Position numbers and translations under genes: made by a program. The notes beneath the pieces are model-generated. The model did not search any database. It had not been told where the DNA came from and saw only the letters and a list, made by a program, of their open reading frames with translations. A stretch of 64,000 bases of DNA from Nemertoderma westbladi (taxonomy: Eukaryota; Animalia; Xenacoelomorpha). Every line of letters starts with the position of its first letter. Within the stretch, counting starts at the first letter, position 1. The stretch lies in contig JAUCBJ010005043.1 of the NCBI GenBank assembly GCA_032718475.1, positions 62,001-126,000 on the forward strand. The letters run 5' to 3'. Shown here one piece after another: positions 27,610 to 40,900 of the stretch.

Positions 27610-28804
27610 TGTAAAAGCTTTTGCGGATATAACAAGTCATTCTTCTCCGCAATGAACTGTGTAGTTGTTTTAGCGGACATAACAAGCCATTTTCTCCGCC
27701 ATGTACCTTGTAGGTGTTTTAGCGGACATAACAAGCCATTTTCTGCCGCAATACGCCTAATACTCTAAAAGACTGGAACTCCGATGACGAAATCTGTCAG
27801 CTGATTTACTGTACACGTGGAGCCTCTCTTTGTTCAGGCTCAGCCAATCAGAGCGATTTTAATTTTATCTTCATTATCTTCATTATATTTCATTTTACAG
27901 AGGCCTACGGAAAACCGCGCAATGCATTACGGTTTTTGTTTACCTTTTCTGAGCCTCAGAACATCGGCTTTGGAATTCTTCTGTTTTTCGGTAGAAGTTT
28001 CAGACTTTGGCCAACATTAGACGGCTTTGATTATAAGAACGTAAATCTATTATCTGACTGCACTGTGCAACTGTCAACAAACCTGAACAAACTGATGAAA
28101 CTGCACTCACTCAATCCTATTCACCGCATTATTTTACTTCTGTTTCCTGTCTGTTATTAATTGTTATATGTTGATGGATATGTTGTTATATTTGGAGAAT
28201 ACCGATAAATAATCATAAAACCCCAATCTTCTTGATTACTGAAGGTAAGAGGGACCAGTTACCGGTAGCAATTGCGACTTACATTATAGTGGTTTTAGTG
28301 TGAATTAAATGCTATTTCATAATCCCTACATGTGTTAGTTGCTATCCTCCTTATATATGGTCAAATTCAGTGATGGTCGGCAGATCAGTGTGCAGCAGTG
28401 TGAAGTCGTATGCAGCAGTGTGACAGATAATAAAGCATCTCCTAAAGAATGCGCTATTTACGAAAATCAGTAGCCATCCGTGTTTAGTATAAGTCATAAC
28501 TCTGTTTTATACTTAAAGCACCATGTCCTAAAGGAACTGTTAATATTTCCCCGAAAGTGAATAATATTGTCAGAGATTATATAGTAACGATCAATCGAAT
28601 AATACAGTAGGTCTGCAACGCAATAACTTCAAAGCACCCGAATCCAGTCTACCTTAACTGTGGGTGAATGATCGCGCATAGACTGGCTTCGGCTAATGTA
28701 ACTTCATGTGCATTAAATAATTGTTATAGGCTAAAGTCGATTTATAAACAAGAGGACACCTAAAATTGGCAGGTTAAACTGCTAAAGGTCTGAAAGCGCG
28801 AACA
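27610..28804 (+). repeat. 5' LTR (1195 bp)
   Basis: TGTAAAAGC...GCGCGAACA. Differs from the 3' LTR by about 17 substitutions and 4 indels (hand count). Three ~50-bp tandem units (GCGGACATAACAAGCCATTTT) at its start. Confidence 0.95.
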
Positions 28805-30715
28805 ATAATAGATTTATTAGTTTCTTTATTGCACCATAGGCAATAAAGTCGAATGTACCGGTCGGACGGTAACCTGTAGGCCTAACTACCTAACCACCCA
28901 ACCGGTACTTACCGGTACTAGTATTATTTCGATTGTGATATTGTATATTGGTAGGCTGTTTAAGAGATTAGGGACTGTACACCCCTTGTTTCTTTTAGAG
29001 CTTATTTATCTCTGTCAGTTTTATTTATTTGTAGGTGTAATATTGAGCAGAAGGCGTGTAAGCCTGCTCAAATTGTACAAATAATTTGTAGGCTGGATTG
29101 TTGTCTGACTATTGTTGAGTATGAAGCGATTGCAGTGTATGTAGAGTGTATGTCCGATAAAGTACTAGTTAGGAAGGTGGGGGCATCCAGTGCTGTAAGG
29201 TAAATCCCCCCCGAAAGAATAAGTCGTACTACTCGGTTAGAACGCATACTAACTAACCATTTCGGAGTCTGCATATACTGTAGTTTATTTAGGCTTGATA
29301 GTAGTCTGCCAGCGTTTGGTTTGTATTTTGTTTGTATAGTCTGCACGGGTAGCGTATTTATTTATTATTCAGAGTCTATGCGAGTATTCGCAACTTACAT
29401 ACCCCTAAGTTTATTCCTACAGTAATTGTGCTTGTTATACATACCGTTATAGTTAAATTAACCCCGGTACTACATCAGGGCTGCTTGGCGTAGGTAAAGA
29501 CTGGTGATTTTATACTCTAGTCACTCCAGCAGATACCGTGGTTCTTTTGGCTGTACAAGTATATTGAACTGCTGGTTATTTGATGTATAAGTACTTGTAC
29601 CTAATTTAGGGTTTAGTGAACAGTGCTTTCCGAAAATAATTAGTATGTAGGCAGTATATTTGTGTTGTAAAGTGGTTAATAGGCACATTAGCTCTGGTTG
29701 GCTGCGGTAATTAACTTCTAGGTAGGGACACTCCGGGTACATAACGTAGTACTTATAGAGCTGTAGAGCTAAAGACTATAAGTCGTCAGACGGTGGTATT
29801 TTCTTATCTGGACAACGCAATTTATTTACTACTGCTTAATTATTTTCAAATACCGTAGTATCCTGTCCGTTTGTAATAACCAGAAATTCTAACTCCTTGT
29901 TAGGCTGGTTTATAGATTTCTTGTAAAATTACCCTGAAATTTGTACGTGTAACTTTTGGTGTTTATTTAGAAATTGTAATCCTACACAGTAATTGTACGT
30001 AATTTGTAGTAATAAGTAACTTAGTAAAGTAGAATTATTTGTTTTAGTGTCTAACAGGTAGCACTCCACTGAGAGCGTTCCGCGTCTGTGTAGTGACACC
30101 TTACTTGGAAATAATAACATTTATTTCAAATATTGTCAAAAACCCTTGTACCGGTACATAATATATTATAAATCAACTCAAACCGATTTATAAAATAGTA
30201 GGCCTATCATACATCAATTAGGTCTTATTATCAGTTGAACTACTGCTTAATAACAGTAATAAAGTAAAGGAAAGTAATCCTAAAATTCAGAAATTTAGGC
30301 ATCGTAAAATAATTGACATTACCGGTATTTCCGATAGGCTTATTCTATTTATTTCTATAAATTAAGCTGAAATTATATACCGGTATTCTGTAATTAATTC
30401 TAGTCTATAATCATACTTATATATACTATAAGTGTATGCTGTATACCGGTATTTACGGTTGGCTTATTATATATATTTCTATATATTTATGCTTAAATTA
30501 TATACTGGTATTCTGTGACTAATCAGTCCTTGTCTGTAATAATACTTATATATACTATAAGTGTATACCGGTATCCTAATATATTATATATATATATCGC
30601 GTTACATTGAGTAACGATATCGGTAATTAATTACTAGGCTTGCAGTTGATACTGAATTACTAGACTTGCTTTAACTGTCGTTTATAGTAGTAGGCATTCA
30701 ACTGTACAATCAAAC

Positions 30716-33700
30716 ATGGCTGACACAAAGCAAACTCTATCAGATAGTCTCCTAGAAAGAACAGTCTGCGACTCCGACAGGAGTGCCGAACATTTGAGAC
30801 CAAAGTCCAAGTCCCCTCCTACTGTAAGAAAGGTCATCCCTCCAGTAGTAGTATCAGATCCTAGGCTAGTAAAGCACCGTAGGTCTATCATACGCACTTG
30901 GGCTCAAGTCAAGCGGGACAAAGAGGCACCTGTTAAACAGCAGCAACACCCGAACCGAGAACTTATTTCTCAGCGGCTCGATAGCTCCAGTAGTTCAGAT
31001 ACTGTAGAGTTACCCGAGATCGGAGCAAAGATGGCAGAAGCGGTTTATTCAGATCCACTTCTAATTCTTCCTGAAGCCGTACTCACTAGAGTATTGATTG
31101 CGGTGGAGGAACATCAAATCGATTGGGCAAGAAGTAAGCGATCGACCATGGACAGTTATGCGGGATACATGAAGGAGGAACTGAAGTCTATTGTCGAGAC
31201 GCAATAGAACTTCCCCGGACCCGGACTCCCGTTTAACTTATCGGAAGCTGCCTGGGAGGACTTATACAGGATGGGAGTGGTAAAGGACACTAGAGATCCA
31301 GCTGTGTGGAAGAGGTCGGCAGCAGGATATGTACAGGGATTCTTCAGCTCTTTGGAGCGATTAGAGGAACAACTGTTTCAACAACCCCAAGGACCTCAAG
31401 AGCAGGGAGAGCTGCTTTATCAAGTTCGAGAACGAATCCTAAGAATCAGACTAATCCTTTCAGCCTTTGAGGAAGCCTCGAAGAGAAGCCAAGACACGTC
31501 GTTGCAAGTCGCCGTAAAGACTTGGTTCCAACGGGTGAGTCTTAAAGTCAAAGGAACAACCTAATGGAAAATTCAGCTAACTGAGCGCGCGATCCACGGA
31601 GAATCAACAGACGCTACCTTTTCTCAGGTGGAATGCAACGTTACATCAGAGAAACCTCAGAAGAAGGACGCTATTGACATCTATCTGTCGGACTATCAAC
31701 GATTTATAAGTGACAAAGAGTTGAGGAGACGGCTAGCTGGACTTCACCCTACTAGTGAGGGAGCCAAGTTTGTGTTGGACTCATTAGATACGGAAATGTT
31801 AGCCGCGGACCAGGCTAAATTTGATGAAAGCATCCGCATCGCTAGGGTCCAAGAAGAACAGTTAAAGAAAAAACGTATAGAAGACCGAAAGGCAGCAGCA
31901 GCGGCAGCGGCAGAAGTTGAAAGAAAAGCGGCAGCGGCAGCGGCATAAGCGGAAAGAAAGGAGGCAGAAGCTGAAGGAAAAGCTGCAGTGGCAGAGGCTG
32001 AAGGAAAAGCTGCAGTGGCAGAGGCAGAAAGAAAAGCGGCAGTGGCAGAGGCAGAAAGAAAAGCGGCAGCGGCAGAAGCAGAAAGAAAAGCGGCAGCGGC
32101 AGAAGCGGAAAGAAAAGCGGCAGAGGCAGAAAGAAAAGCGGCAGCGGCAGAAGCGGAAAGAAAAGCGGCAGAGGCAGTGGTAGAAGCAGAACGGAAAGCA
32201 TCTGAAGAGACAACCCAACTAGAGTTGGAAAATCTTCAAGAGAAGCCAGACTACTTCAATAAACAGAGAACAGCTAGTCAGTGGCAGATGATAAGTCGAT
32301 CTACTCCCAAGAGACAGGGATTTACATCATCTGATGAAGGCGATACAACAGATCCTGAAGGCGGAGGAAATAGATCTCGTTCCAGCAGATGTAGAAGAAC
32401 GCCCCACTGTCAGAAATTGCCTAATTTGCCCCCAGCTGTGAGAAGGCAACTAGCTAGTGCAGACTTAGGTAGTACAGAACACACAGACCAAATTATTAGA
32501 GTAGAAAGACTCCCTACTATAGTAGATGAGCCTGAAATAATTAGGCCTGTTCTCGAAGCCACCCCCTCTGTGATGGAGACCCCTGTACTTCCAGAACCTA
32601 ACTCAAAATTCCCTTTGCACAGTACTAAACTACCTGTGCCCAGTAGGACAGTTCCTGAGTCAATTCCGGTCCTGGACGCCGAGCGAGACATTAACGATTT
32701 ATCGCCCGTCGTCCCTCGTCTACCCGCTACTATGTTGGCGGCTCCCGCTTTGGCGGTAGAGTGGGTGGATGAGCGACGGCGGGGGATGGATCTCCTGCTC
32801 GGGCAGATGGAGGAACATCGGGAACGTTCCTCCTAACAGGTCCGGGAGTTGGAGGGGACTGTTCAACAGTTAAAGGGAACAGTAAGAGAAGGTAGGTTAG
32901 AGTTGCAAGAAGTGCAGCAGAGTATCGCTTTAGAACTCGATAAATTGGTAAATCTACAAAGGGGTATACCACCACCCCCTGTAACAATGTGTCAACCTGT
33001 TAGGTCTGAAGTATTTCATGCGCAAGGTGTGGAGCCTACACGCATCTATACTGCTAGTGAAGTAGAAACTCCTATAGTAAACCCTATCAAGGATAATTAT
33101 AAACCTGTTGATAATGATATTCCATATAGACCTGATCATAATCCGAGAAATTTATATACCGATAACTCGATATTAAATAATACGATGGCCCAAGAAAGTT
33201 TTATGCGTCAAATGGCTAGAACCGAAGCCCGTCAAGCGGTAAAGGTGGGAGAGATCATCAAGTTCAATGGAGATGAGATGAAATGGTTACCTTTTAATGA
33301 ATATTATAAAGATAACATACAGAACTCTGTACTATCTAATGGAGAGAAACTTAGATTCCTCATCGAGTGCTTGGAAGGACCCCCCAAGTTAATGGCGTTA
33401 AAGTTTATTGGACATCCAGATGGATTGCGACAAGTTTGGGATACACTAAACATCAGGTATGGTAATAGGACAAACATAGCTAGGTATTTGTATGCGAAAT
33501 TAGTAGCGCCCCGAAAGTTCCTTAGCAGCGGGATTATAGAGTTTTCCGATGAGATTCAGGAGATTTGTAGACAGTTAGATTGGTTAGATAAGTCTCATGA
33601 ATATCAGAGTTCCATGGTTATTGGAGCCGTAGCATCTACTTTGCCAAAGGGTGGAGTAGGTACTCGTTGGGACAAAAGAGTTCTCTATATGATGGACCAG

Positions 33701-36606
33701 CAACAAAGAGACCCTACCATGGCTGATCTCATGTCATTCTTAAATGGAGAGGTAAGATTACAGCTCCTAAAACAGTCCCGAGAGAAGACACCGGAAAATA
33801 AGGTAATTGAAAAACCCATTTCTAGGAGAAAGGTCACCCCAGTATGTTATACAGATGACGGCGAAAGCCAAACCTCTCAAGAGGAGAACAGCGGGAAAGA
33901 CACTGAAAGATTTTACTATGTCAACAAAGCACCTAAAAACGTAAGTAAATTTAAGTCTCGAATCAGTGACAGGAGAGAACAGGTAACAAAAACTCCTCCT
34001 ACGTCTCCTAAGAGAATTCATGGAAGAAAGCCCGAGGAAAGAACGAGTGTGCACAACACTACCCAAGGTAAAGTAAGTAACATCAAACCAAAATGTGCAT
34101 TGTGCGTCGGGCCCCATCGTTTAAGTATGTGTGATGAATTCTTAAAGAAATCCTTAAAGGATAGACGCGATGTCATGTGGGATAAGCGGTTGTGTTATAA
34201 TTGTCTCAGACAAGGACACCAACGGCGAACCTGTTACTCCGACACGAGGTGTGCTAAGTGCTAAGCTAACATCATATCTTGCTGCACACTGAATTTGAAA
34301 GAACCAGCCCGAGTCAGGTAAGCGAGTCCGAACTACATGTCCAGTTCAGTGATGTGAACGACACTGACCACAGTTCTGAGATGGAAGGATTTTACACGGA
34401 CGAATTCTCCGACGAAAATGAATCCTGTTATATGATAAACACCGCGGTGTATCGAGCACTTACGTATGAGACTGAAACCGATAAAGAAGCGCACCCGACT
34501 ATTCCTGACCGACAACCATCTTGGAAAGCGCCAACTTCCAATGTTGGAATCCGGGAATTCCCTGTAGTTCAGCTGAGAGTCCATGGATCAGGTAAGAGTT
34601 TTATAGTCAACGCCGTCCTGGACTCTGGCAGCACAGGAACATTCATCGACAAAGAACTAGCCAAAGACATCTTTGCTGGACAACCCAAGTTCCGAACTAA
34701 GTTGAACCTTTCAGGAATTATGCAGGTTTGGAAATCTACAGTAGCTACAGACTACTATGTAGGCGCGTTGTCCACCCCTCAGGACGAACTAGGAGAACAT
34801 AGCATAAGGTCAGTAAAAATGGTGGCGATAAAGAACTTTGCTACCAGTCAAGTAGAACCTTACAACTGGGATGAAGACGATTTTACCCAGCAACATAATA
34901 TCCCTAGATTCAACACCGACTACCCAGGGGTGCAAATATTGATCGGCCAAAATGCGCATGAGGCGCTTGAGACATTAGAGAAACGGCCTGCTCGACCGCA
35001 ACCATTGCAAACCTATGCGGGAAGAACTAGAGTAGGTTGGTACTTCACTGGACCTTCCCATAGAACACTCATGGAAAGATTACCTGCCGAACAAATACAT
35101 CAGGTGAGTGAATGGGAAGAAGAAATCAGTGAGGGAGAGATCACACCTGAGGGAACACCATACTCCTCAGATAACGACGATATTACCCAATTATTTGACG
35201 AGGAAAATACAATCGACCTCCTCACTGAAAGTGAAGCTTGGAGAAACCAAGTGCACCTGTGCCATCTCATCAATCATGACGGACAATTAGACTACAATGA
35301 CAAGCTAAATGAGGTGATAGATCGACACAATGCTAAGATTCACGATGAACACGCCGTATGATTCTTTACTCAAGAAGCTGTAGAGCCTAATTCCTACGAC
35401 AAAGCACTATCGGTCGAGGAGGAAAGAGCCAAGCAGATCCAGGAAACAACTACATGTTTTCTTAAAGATCAAGGTAGGTATGAGATTGGTCTGCCATTCC
35501 GACGGCAAGAACCCAACTTTATAAATAACCGACCCTTGGCGGAGAAGAGAATCGCGCAACTACATCGGCGCCTTACGGCAAATGCTTCAGCTAAAGAGAT
35601 GTATAAGACCCAGCAGAAGAAATTCATCGATAAGGGATACGCGGAGCGAGTACCGGAAGAAACACCCATAACTGAGAGAACGTATTATCTAACACATCAT
35701 TACGTTCCCAAACCCGGTAAACCCAACAAAGTCTGGGTAGTATTTGACGGCTCCGCCCTTTACATGGGCCAATCCCTTAACTCTGAGTTGTTGCCGGGAC
35801 CCAACTTACTCCAATCCTTGTTGGGAATACTCTTAAGATTACGGCAATATTCGATCGCCTTCGCCTCGGATATAGAAGGCATGTTCTTACAAGTTAAGGC
35901 GCTGGATAGGGATCGAGACAGCCTACGATTTCTGTGGTGGTCTGAAGGAGACCTCAACCAAAAACCGGTGGAGTACTGGATGACCATCCAGGCTTTCGGG
36001 ATCATCTCGAGCCCCCGAACGCTTGTTCAGTAGTGCGCACCACTGCTGATGACAACCGAGACGCCTTCTCTAAAGCGGTTATTGACAACATCAAACGGGA
36101 TATATATATGAACGACAATTTAAAGTCCCTCCCATCGGTGGAAGAAGCCATTGATGTTGCCAAGGGAACGGTAGAGTGCTTGAAACGCGGTGGATTTCGA
36201 CTAACTAAATTCACAAGTAACTCCCGTGAGTTTCTGGAATCGATTATCCCGTCGTTTCGCTGACCATTTCGAAAAACATTATCTGCCTACGCTACAACTT
36301 CGAACCAAGTGGTTTGCGCAGCAAGAAAACGTCAGCGCCGGAGACATGGTCCTTATTGTGGAATCAGATCTTCCACATAAGCGGTGGCAAACAGGTCGTA
36401 TCATCGAGACTCATATCTCCGATGATGGTTTAGTGCGATCAGTAGAACTCGTCGTCATGCGAGGTAACTTTAAGAAACCTGGAATTGCAACTCAATCGCC
36501 CAGTTGGTCGTTTATGTTTACTGGAAAGAGACAGAGAACTATCCGGAAACTATGGAAGGCAAGATACTCTTCCCACGACCACCTCCCTAATCCAACAAAC
36601 ATCTAG
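30716..36606 (+). pseudogene. BEL/Pao gag-pol pseudogene (long N-terminal extension, gag, 3 zinc knuckles, aspartic protease, RT, integrase C-terminus; RNase H and integrase core deleted)
   Basis: ORFs 30716, 31271, 31628, 31988 and 32849 share one frame, separated by single stops. Motifs: FNGDEMKWLPF (DUF1759-like gag); CALCVGPHRLSMC / CYNCLRQGHQRRTC / CAKC..HHILLH; AVLDSGS protease; GRYEIGLPF; VVFDGSA..SLN..LLPGPNL; DIEGMFLQV; YMND (degenerate YxDD); HYLPTLQLRTKW..GDMVLI..DGLVRSV (IN C-terminus). Frameshifts near 34270 and 36015; deletion junction near 36250. Confidence 0.93.
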
Positions 36607-37934
36607 GGACTCCCCAACGTAACAGCGTCTGGAGTGGGTGTGTGACTATGTTATTTTATATTTGTTTTTATTATTTTTATATTTATGTATATATTATTAT
36701 GTAATTTTATTATAATCGTTTTCTTTAATTTTATTTAGTAGAATGTTATTTTAGCGATTATTTAGTAGGATTAGTGCCATATATATTCGTGTTAATTACT
36801 TAATTACTTATATTATATATTTAGTGTAACGGCGAGAAATAATTATTTTCTCTTTCCTTACTGTCCGTATCATATTATAAATGCGTGACTACAGTAAGAT
36901 GAAATATCCGTACTTATTAAAGTACAATAAAGCTCGTACTATACTCAAGTATTATTGGTGAGTAGAGTATTAGGAATGCAAAGTTCAGATCCTCGTGTCT
37001 CGGCTAAACCAAGCTCTAGGTAGACCTTGGAAACGACTTGCCTCTTCTCACTGACATTGCTTCTTGCAATATTGCTCTCATACCGTATATTAAATAATAC
37101 ATATAGTAGCGTGATGTCCCTTTAACAGTAGCGTACAACACAAAATAAATCTGTTAAACCCTTTGACCATCTGTAATTCTAGTCGATTAAGATATCATGG
37201 CACCCACCGATATACTTGAAAGACAAAACTCTAGAATCAGTGGTTAACGTCCCCAGACAATTCCCAGACGGAGATTCACCCTAAGTATATTAGTGTGAGA
37301 GAATCTCCAATATATAGTCAATAGCCGATAAAATTCATAAAATCATGTATAAGGGGGAATATTGACAATTAAAGAATTACTATTAAATAGCATCCCAGAT
37401 CTGTATGCATGAGAATTACCCTAATTCTACTGCTAGCTTTCCATAATTTCACCATAGCAACAACCACGCTAGAATTAGAAGCGAGTTAAAAGAACAATAG
37501 AAAGCTTGCCTCATTGAATAGCATACGGAATAAATAGCGCACTGCTAGTATCCAAGGATACATAATAATAACGTGGCATTCTGGAAGGCACTTGACTAAC
37601 GGACAAATGGCGTGAATGTGTACAATTTGTGACAGTTGTGTAGAATTTGTGCGTTTATAGGTGAATGTTGCTACTAAAGTGTGTTTACAGTAGCTAGTCG
37701 CAGTTGTGAAAGTAGCCCAACCTCTGCAGTAAGAACCTGAAGTAAATCTAAGCCCTTGGGACGGACAGTGGAGTGACTCGCGCTGGTTATTGTTGTCGTT
37801 GTGTAGCTACTACGCTGGCGATAGGCACCGCGACAACAGTACATCGGCGCTGAGGATCTTGCGCTGTCCGGGGGCAGTGAGGGGTAGGCAGCGACGCCCG
37901 CTAGCCTAATTATAACTAATTACAATATTGATAA

Positions 37935-40900
37935 ACTCATATAGCAGCTATTACTGAGTTGATAGAAGATAATCTTGGTATCAGGGAGCGATATACCCTA
38001 CCGTTGCAAGCGTTTGTTGATAGCCTAATACGCGGCGACGCTAGTCCCACTACTACGGAGGACGATGGCCGTTATATCGAACTGCCAATGCCCAAGGAAC
38101 AACTCACGCGTGAATTGGACTATAGAAAATTCACCGCTCGCTACACGCATCGTAATGGTACGTATATGGACTTCTTAACCACTGGCCATCCTATCGATTT
38201 ACACGATACGGACGATGTAGACACTGAAAGGGAAATGGTTCTATTTAAATATCATACCCAGCGGAGTTGGAACGATAACCCGAGAATCGAACATGAGAAT
38301 TCTATTCGAAACCGACTCGAAAGAGAAGACGTTGAAGAGCCGGATAAACGCAGCGACTTCAACGAATATCTGGAATTCTTGAGAGAAACATATCTCAATA
38401 TTGCCAGCCAACAAAATCTAGAAACTCGATATCCTCAAGGTATACATCACGACCCTATGATAGAACTCAAACGGCTCTTTTTCACTATGATGTATCTTAC
38501 CGCCGATCGACCGCTACCTGTCGTCCCGGATAGCTTCGAACAGATGGAGGAATATTGTAAAACTGGAGAACGATCACCCGCGTTTCCCCTACAAGACGTG
38601 CGTCTTTGATATTATTGCGATGAATGCCCTAGACCCAACCAGCAAACGGAAAGACATAAACATCCGCGGAGACGTTGCGCTAAACACAGTTTTACTCGCT
38701 ATACTTACGGGAGTTTCGAGCGAAACTTGTTCGACGTATCACCTACGCTCGCTCGACTCAAACGATCCTTAAATAAACCCATGATCAGAGTTCCGGAATA
38801 CTCGGTCAGACCTCCTCACTCCCTAGTGAGACCTCAAACTCTTGATCCTAATAGTATAACGGATCCTCCTGAACTGTACTCACTGTTCAAAGATCTTGTG
38901 TTACCCGAACAATTAATCGGTGGCACTCCGGTAGTGGGCTCGCTAGATATTCACCCCTCCTACCTAGCCGGATTGGGACGCGGACATCTAATATTGCCGT
39001 TGAACCCGTACAATCGTCCCGGTTTAACCCCGATACAACCCGTCACCGAAGTCGAGGAGAGCGTTGTACGAAACGCGTTAGACGCTATTCGGCAGAAGAT
39101 CGGAAAAGGAACTTATGATTGTTTAGAGAAACGCAAATTGCAGCAACAAGTCCAAGCGGTGAAGGAGTTGGCCTTACCCCAGTTCGATCGAGAAATCCAG
39201 AACCTCGAGGAAGACATCGAACTTGGACGAACCTATTCTCTACAAGAGTTCTTAGACGAACGCTTACAACGACAAGCGGAGGAAAATCAGCTCGAGGAGA
39301 AACACATCGAAATGGATGAGAGAGAAGAAGCAGCATTAGCCCAACCAGAAGCTCAAATCCTTATGACTGATCTCTACTCCAAAACCATCATTCATCCCTC
39401 GATGGTTCCCCATTTCGGAGACAAACTCTTCGCAACGGTACAACCCCAACCAGTTGATATCAACCTAAGATCTCGAGATCTTATCGCTGACGCTCCTATG
39501 TTACAGCATCCGCCAATCGAGGCCGCTCGTGTCGACGGTATACTCGTTGATCCTCCGGACAATCGAGCGGATCTTGTCCGTCGTATGGTATATGAGGTCA
39601 ACATACGCGCTAGACCTTTACCGAACTCGTTTTATGGGATCAAGATCACCCTTATTATGTTAATCTAACTCAATATTATATGGTAAAACCGGAAGATCCT
39701 ACACATAGTCTAGGGTTTCTACCACTAATAAATCCTCTCGATCTTGTCGAACTCGAACAACTGCAGAAACATCTGGATCAGTTAGTGAAAGTAAACTCAT
39801 TCAGAAAACCCTACAATGTTTCCAGAATAGAGAAAGATATACTGCCTCCGTATAATCTCGATGGATTTATCAAAACTCGATTAGTCCACTGGAATCTCGA
39901 CGTATTATTTGAGGAAGAGAGAATACAACGATATGGAGATGTAGAGACGTATACTACACAATATCTAAAGTATAGGGATCTACCCAACGCTAGCGAATGC
40001 GCCACCTTAAGGCATCCGGTAGGGATGACCCTAGAAAACGCCACTAAAGAGTGGAATGAAACTCTTAACATTATCGAAATGTATGGAGTTGTCACTTACG
40101 ATAACGAAGGTAGCGTTCCGGTTGGAGAACTGGGAACTACGTGCATGATACATATACGTGGACTAGCTGGTTCTACCCACGTGTTTACTCGAGCGTGTTC
40201 CGACGTGATTGATTATTCTTTTGAGACCCTCACCAAGATACAAAAGAAACTCCGTCATGGACAATTCGAACTCGCGCAGCGTTACGTCACCGACACCGAG
40301 TGCAAACCGGCCATGGGTATCGATGGATCGATGTTACCCCAGCCCGTGCTCGAGATGTTGTTTAACGAAAGAATCCTTAAAATCGGCTCAGCTGTTTATG
40401 GAGATCTCCAAAACGACTTGAGGAACATGGAGAATATCCCATATCCTTTCGTGGATACTCAGCTGATTGCTCCCTGCCCAGAAGGCCGAGGTTTCTTCCG
40501 AACTATGTATGCCAATACACCCAGCGGCATCAATAAAGTACAACGAACCTCCATCGGACATCTTGCCTTTCAAGAATACGGATGGAATTTCAAAGTCGGT
40601 AACCCTATCAACTATCAACAAGTATATGGAGATCATTATTCTCGATTATACTTCGACGGACCATTGACCGCATCTGGCGTCGTGTATAGCTTCATGAGTG
40701 TTCCACTTCGTCCCTCATTAGCTATATACACTATCTTCGAGAACGCTGCACTTGCCGGTTGGCTAGCCGATGTGTGCAGTCGTACTATACGCGCCCATCC
40801 CTTAATACTTGGAACCAAACTCGCCAAGCTAGATGAACACAATAAATTCATCCGCTTCGAATGCTTTAGGCGCTTTCTGACTCCGTTCCGTAACGTTGAT

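Noticed and set aside
31842-32218. Leu/Pro/Phe-rich, Cys/Arg-rich and Lys/Gln-rich ORFs
   Set aside because: Alternative-frame and antisense shadows of the AAAEAERK repeat in gag.
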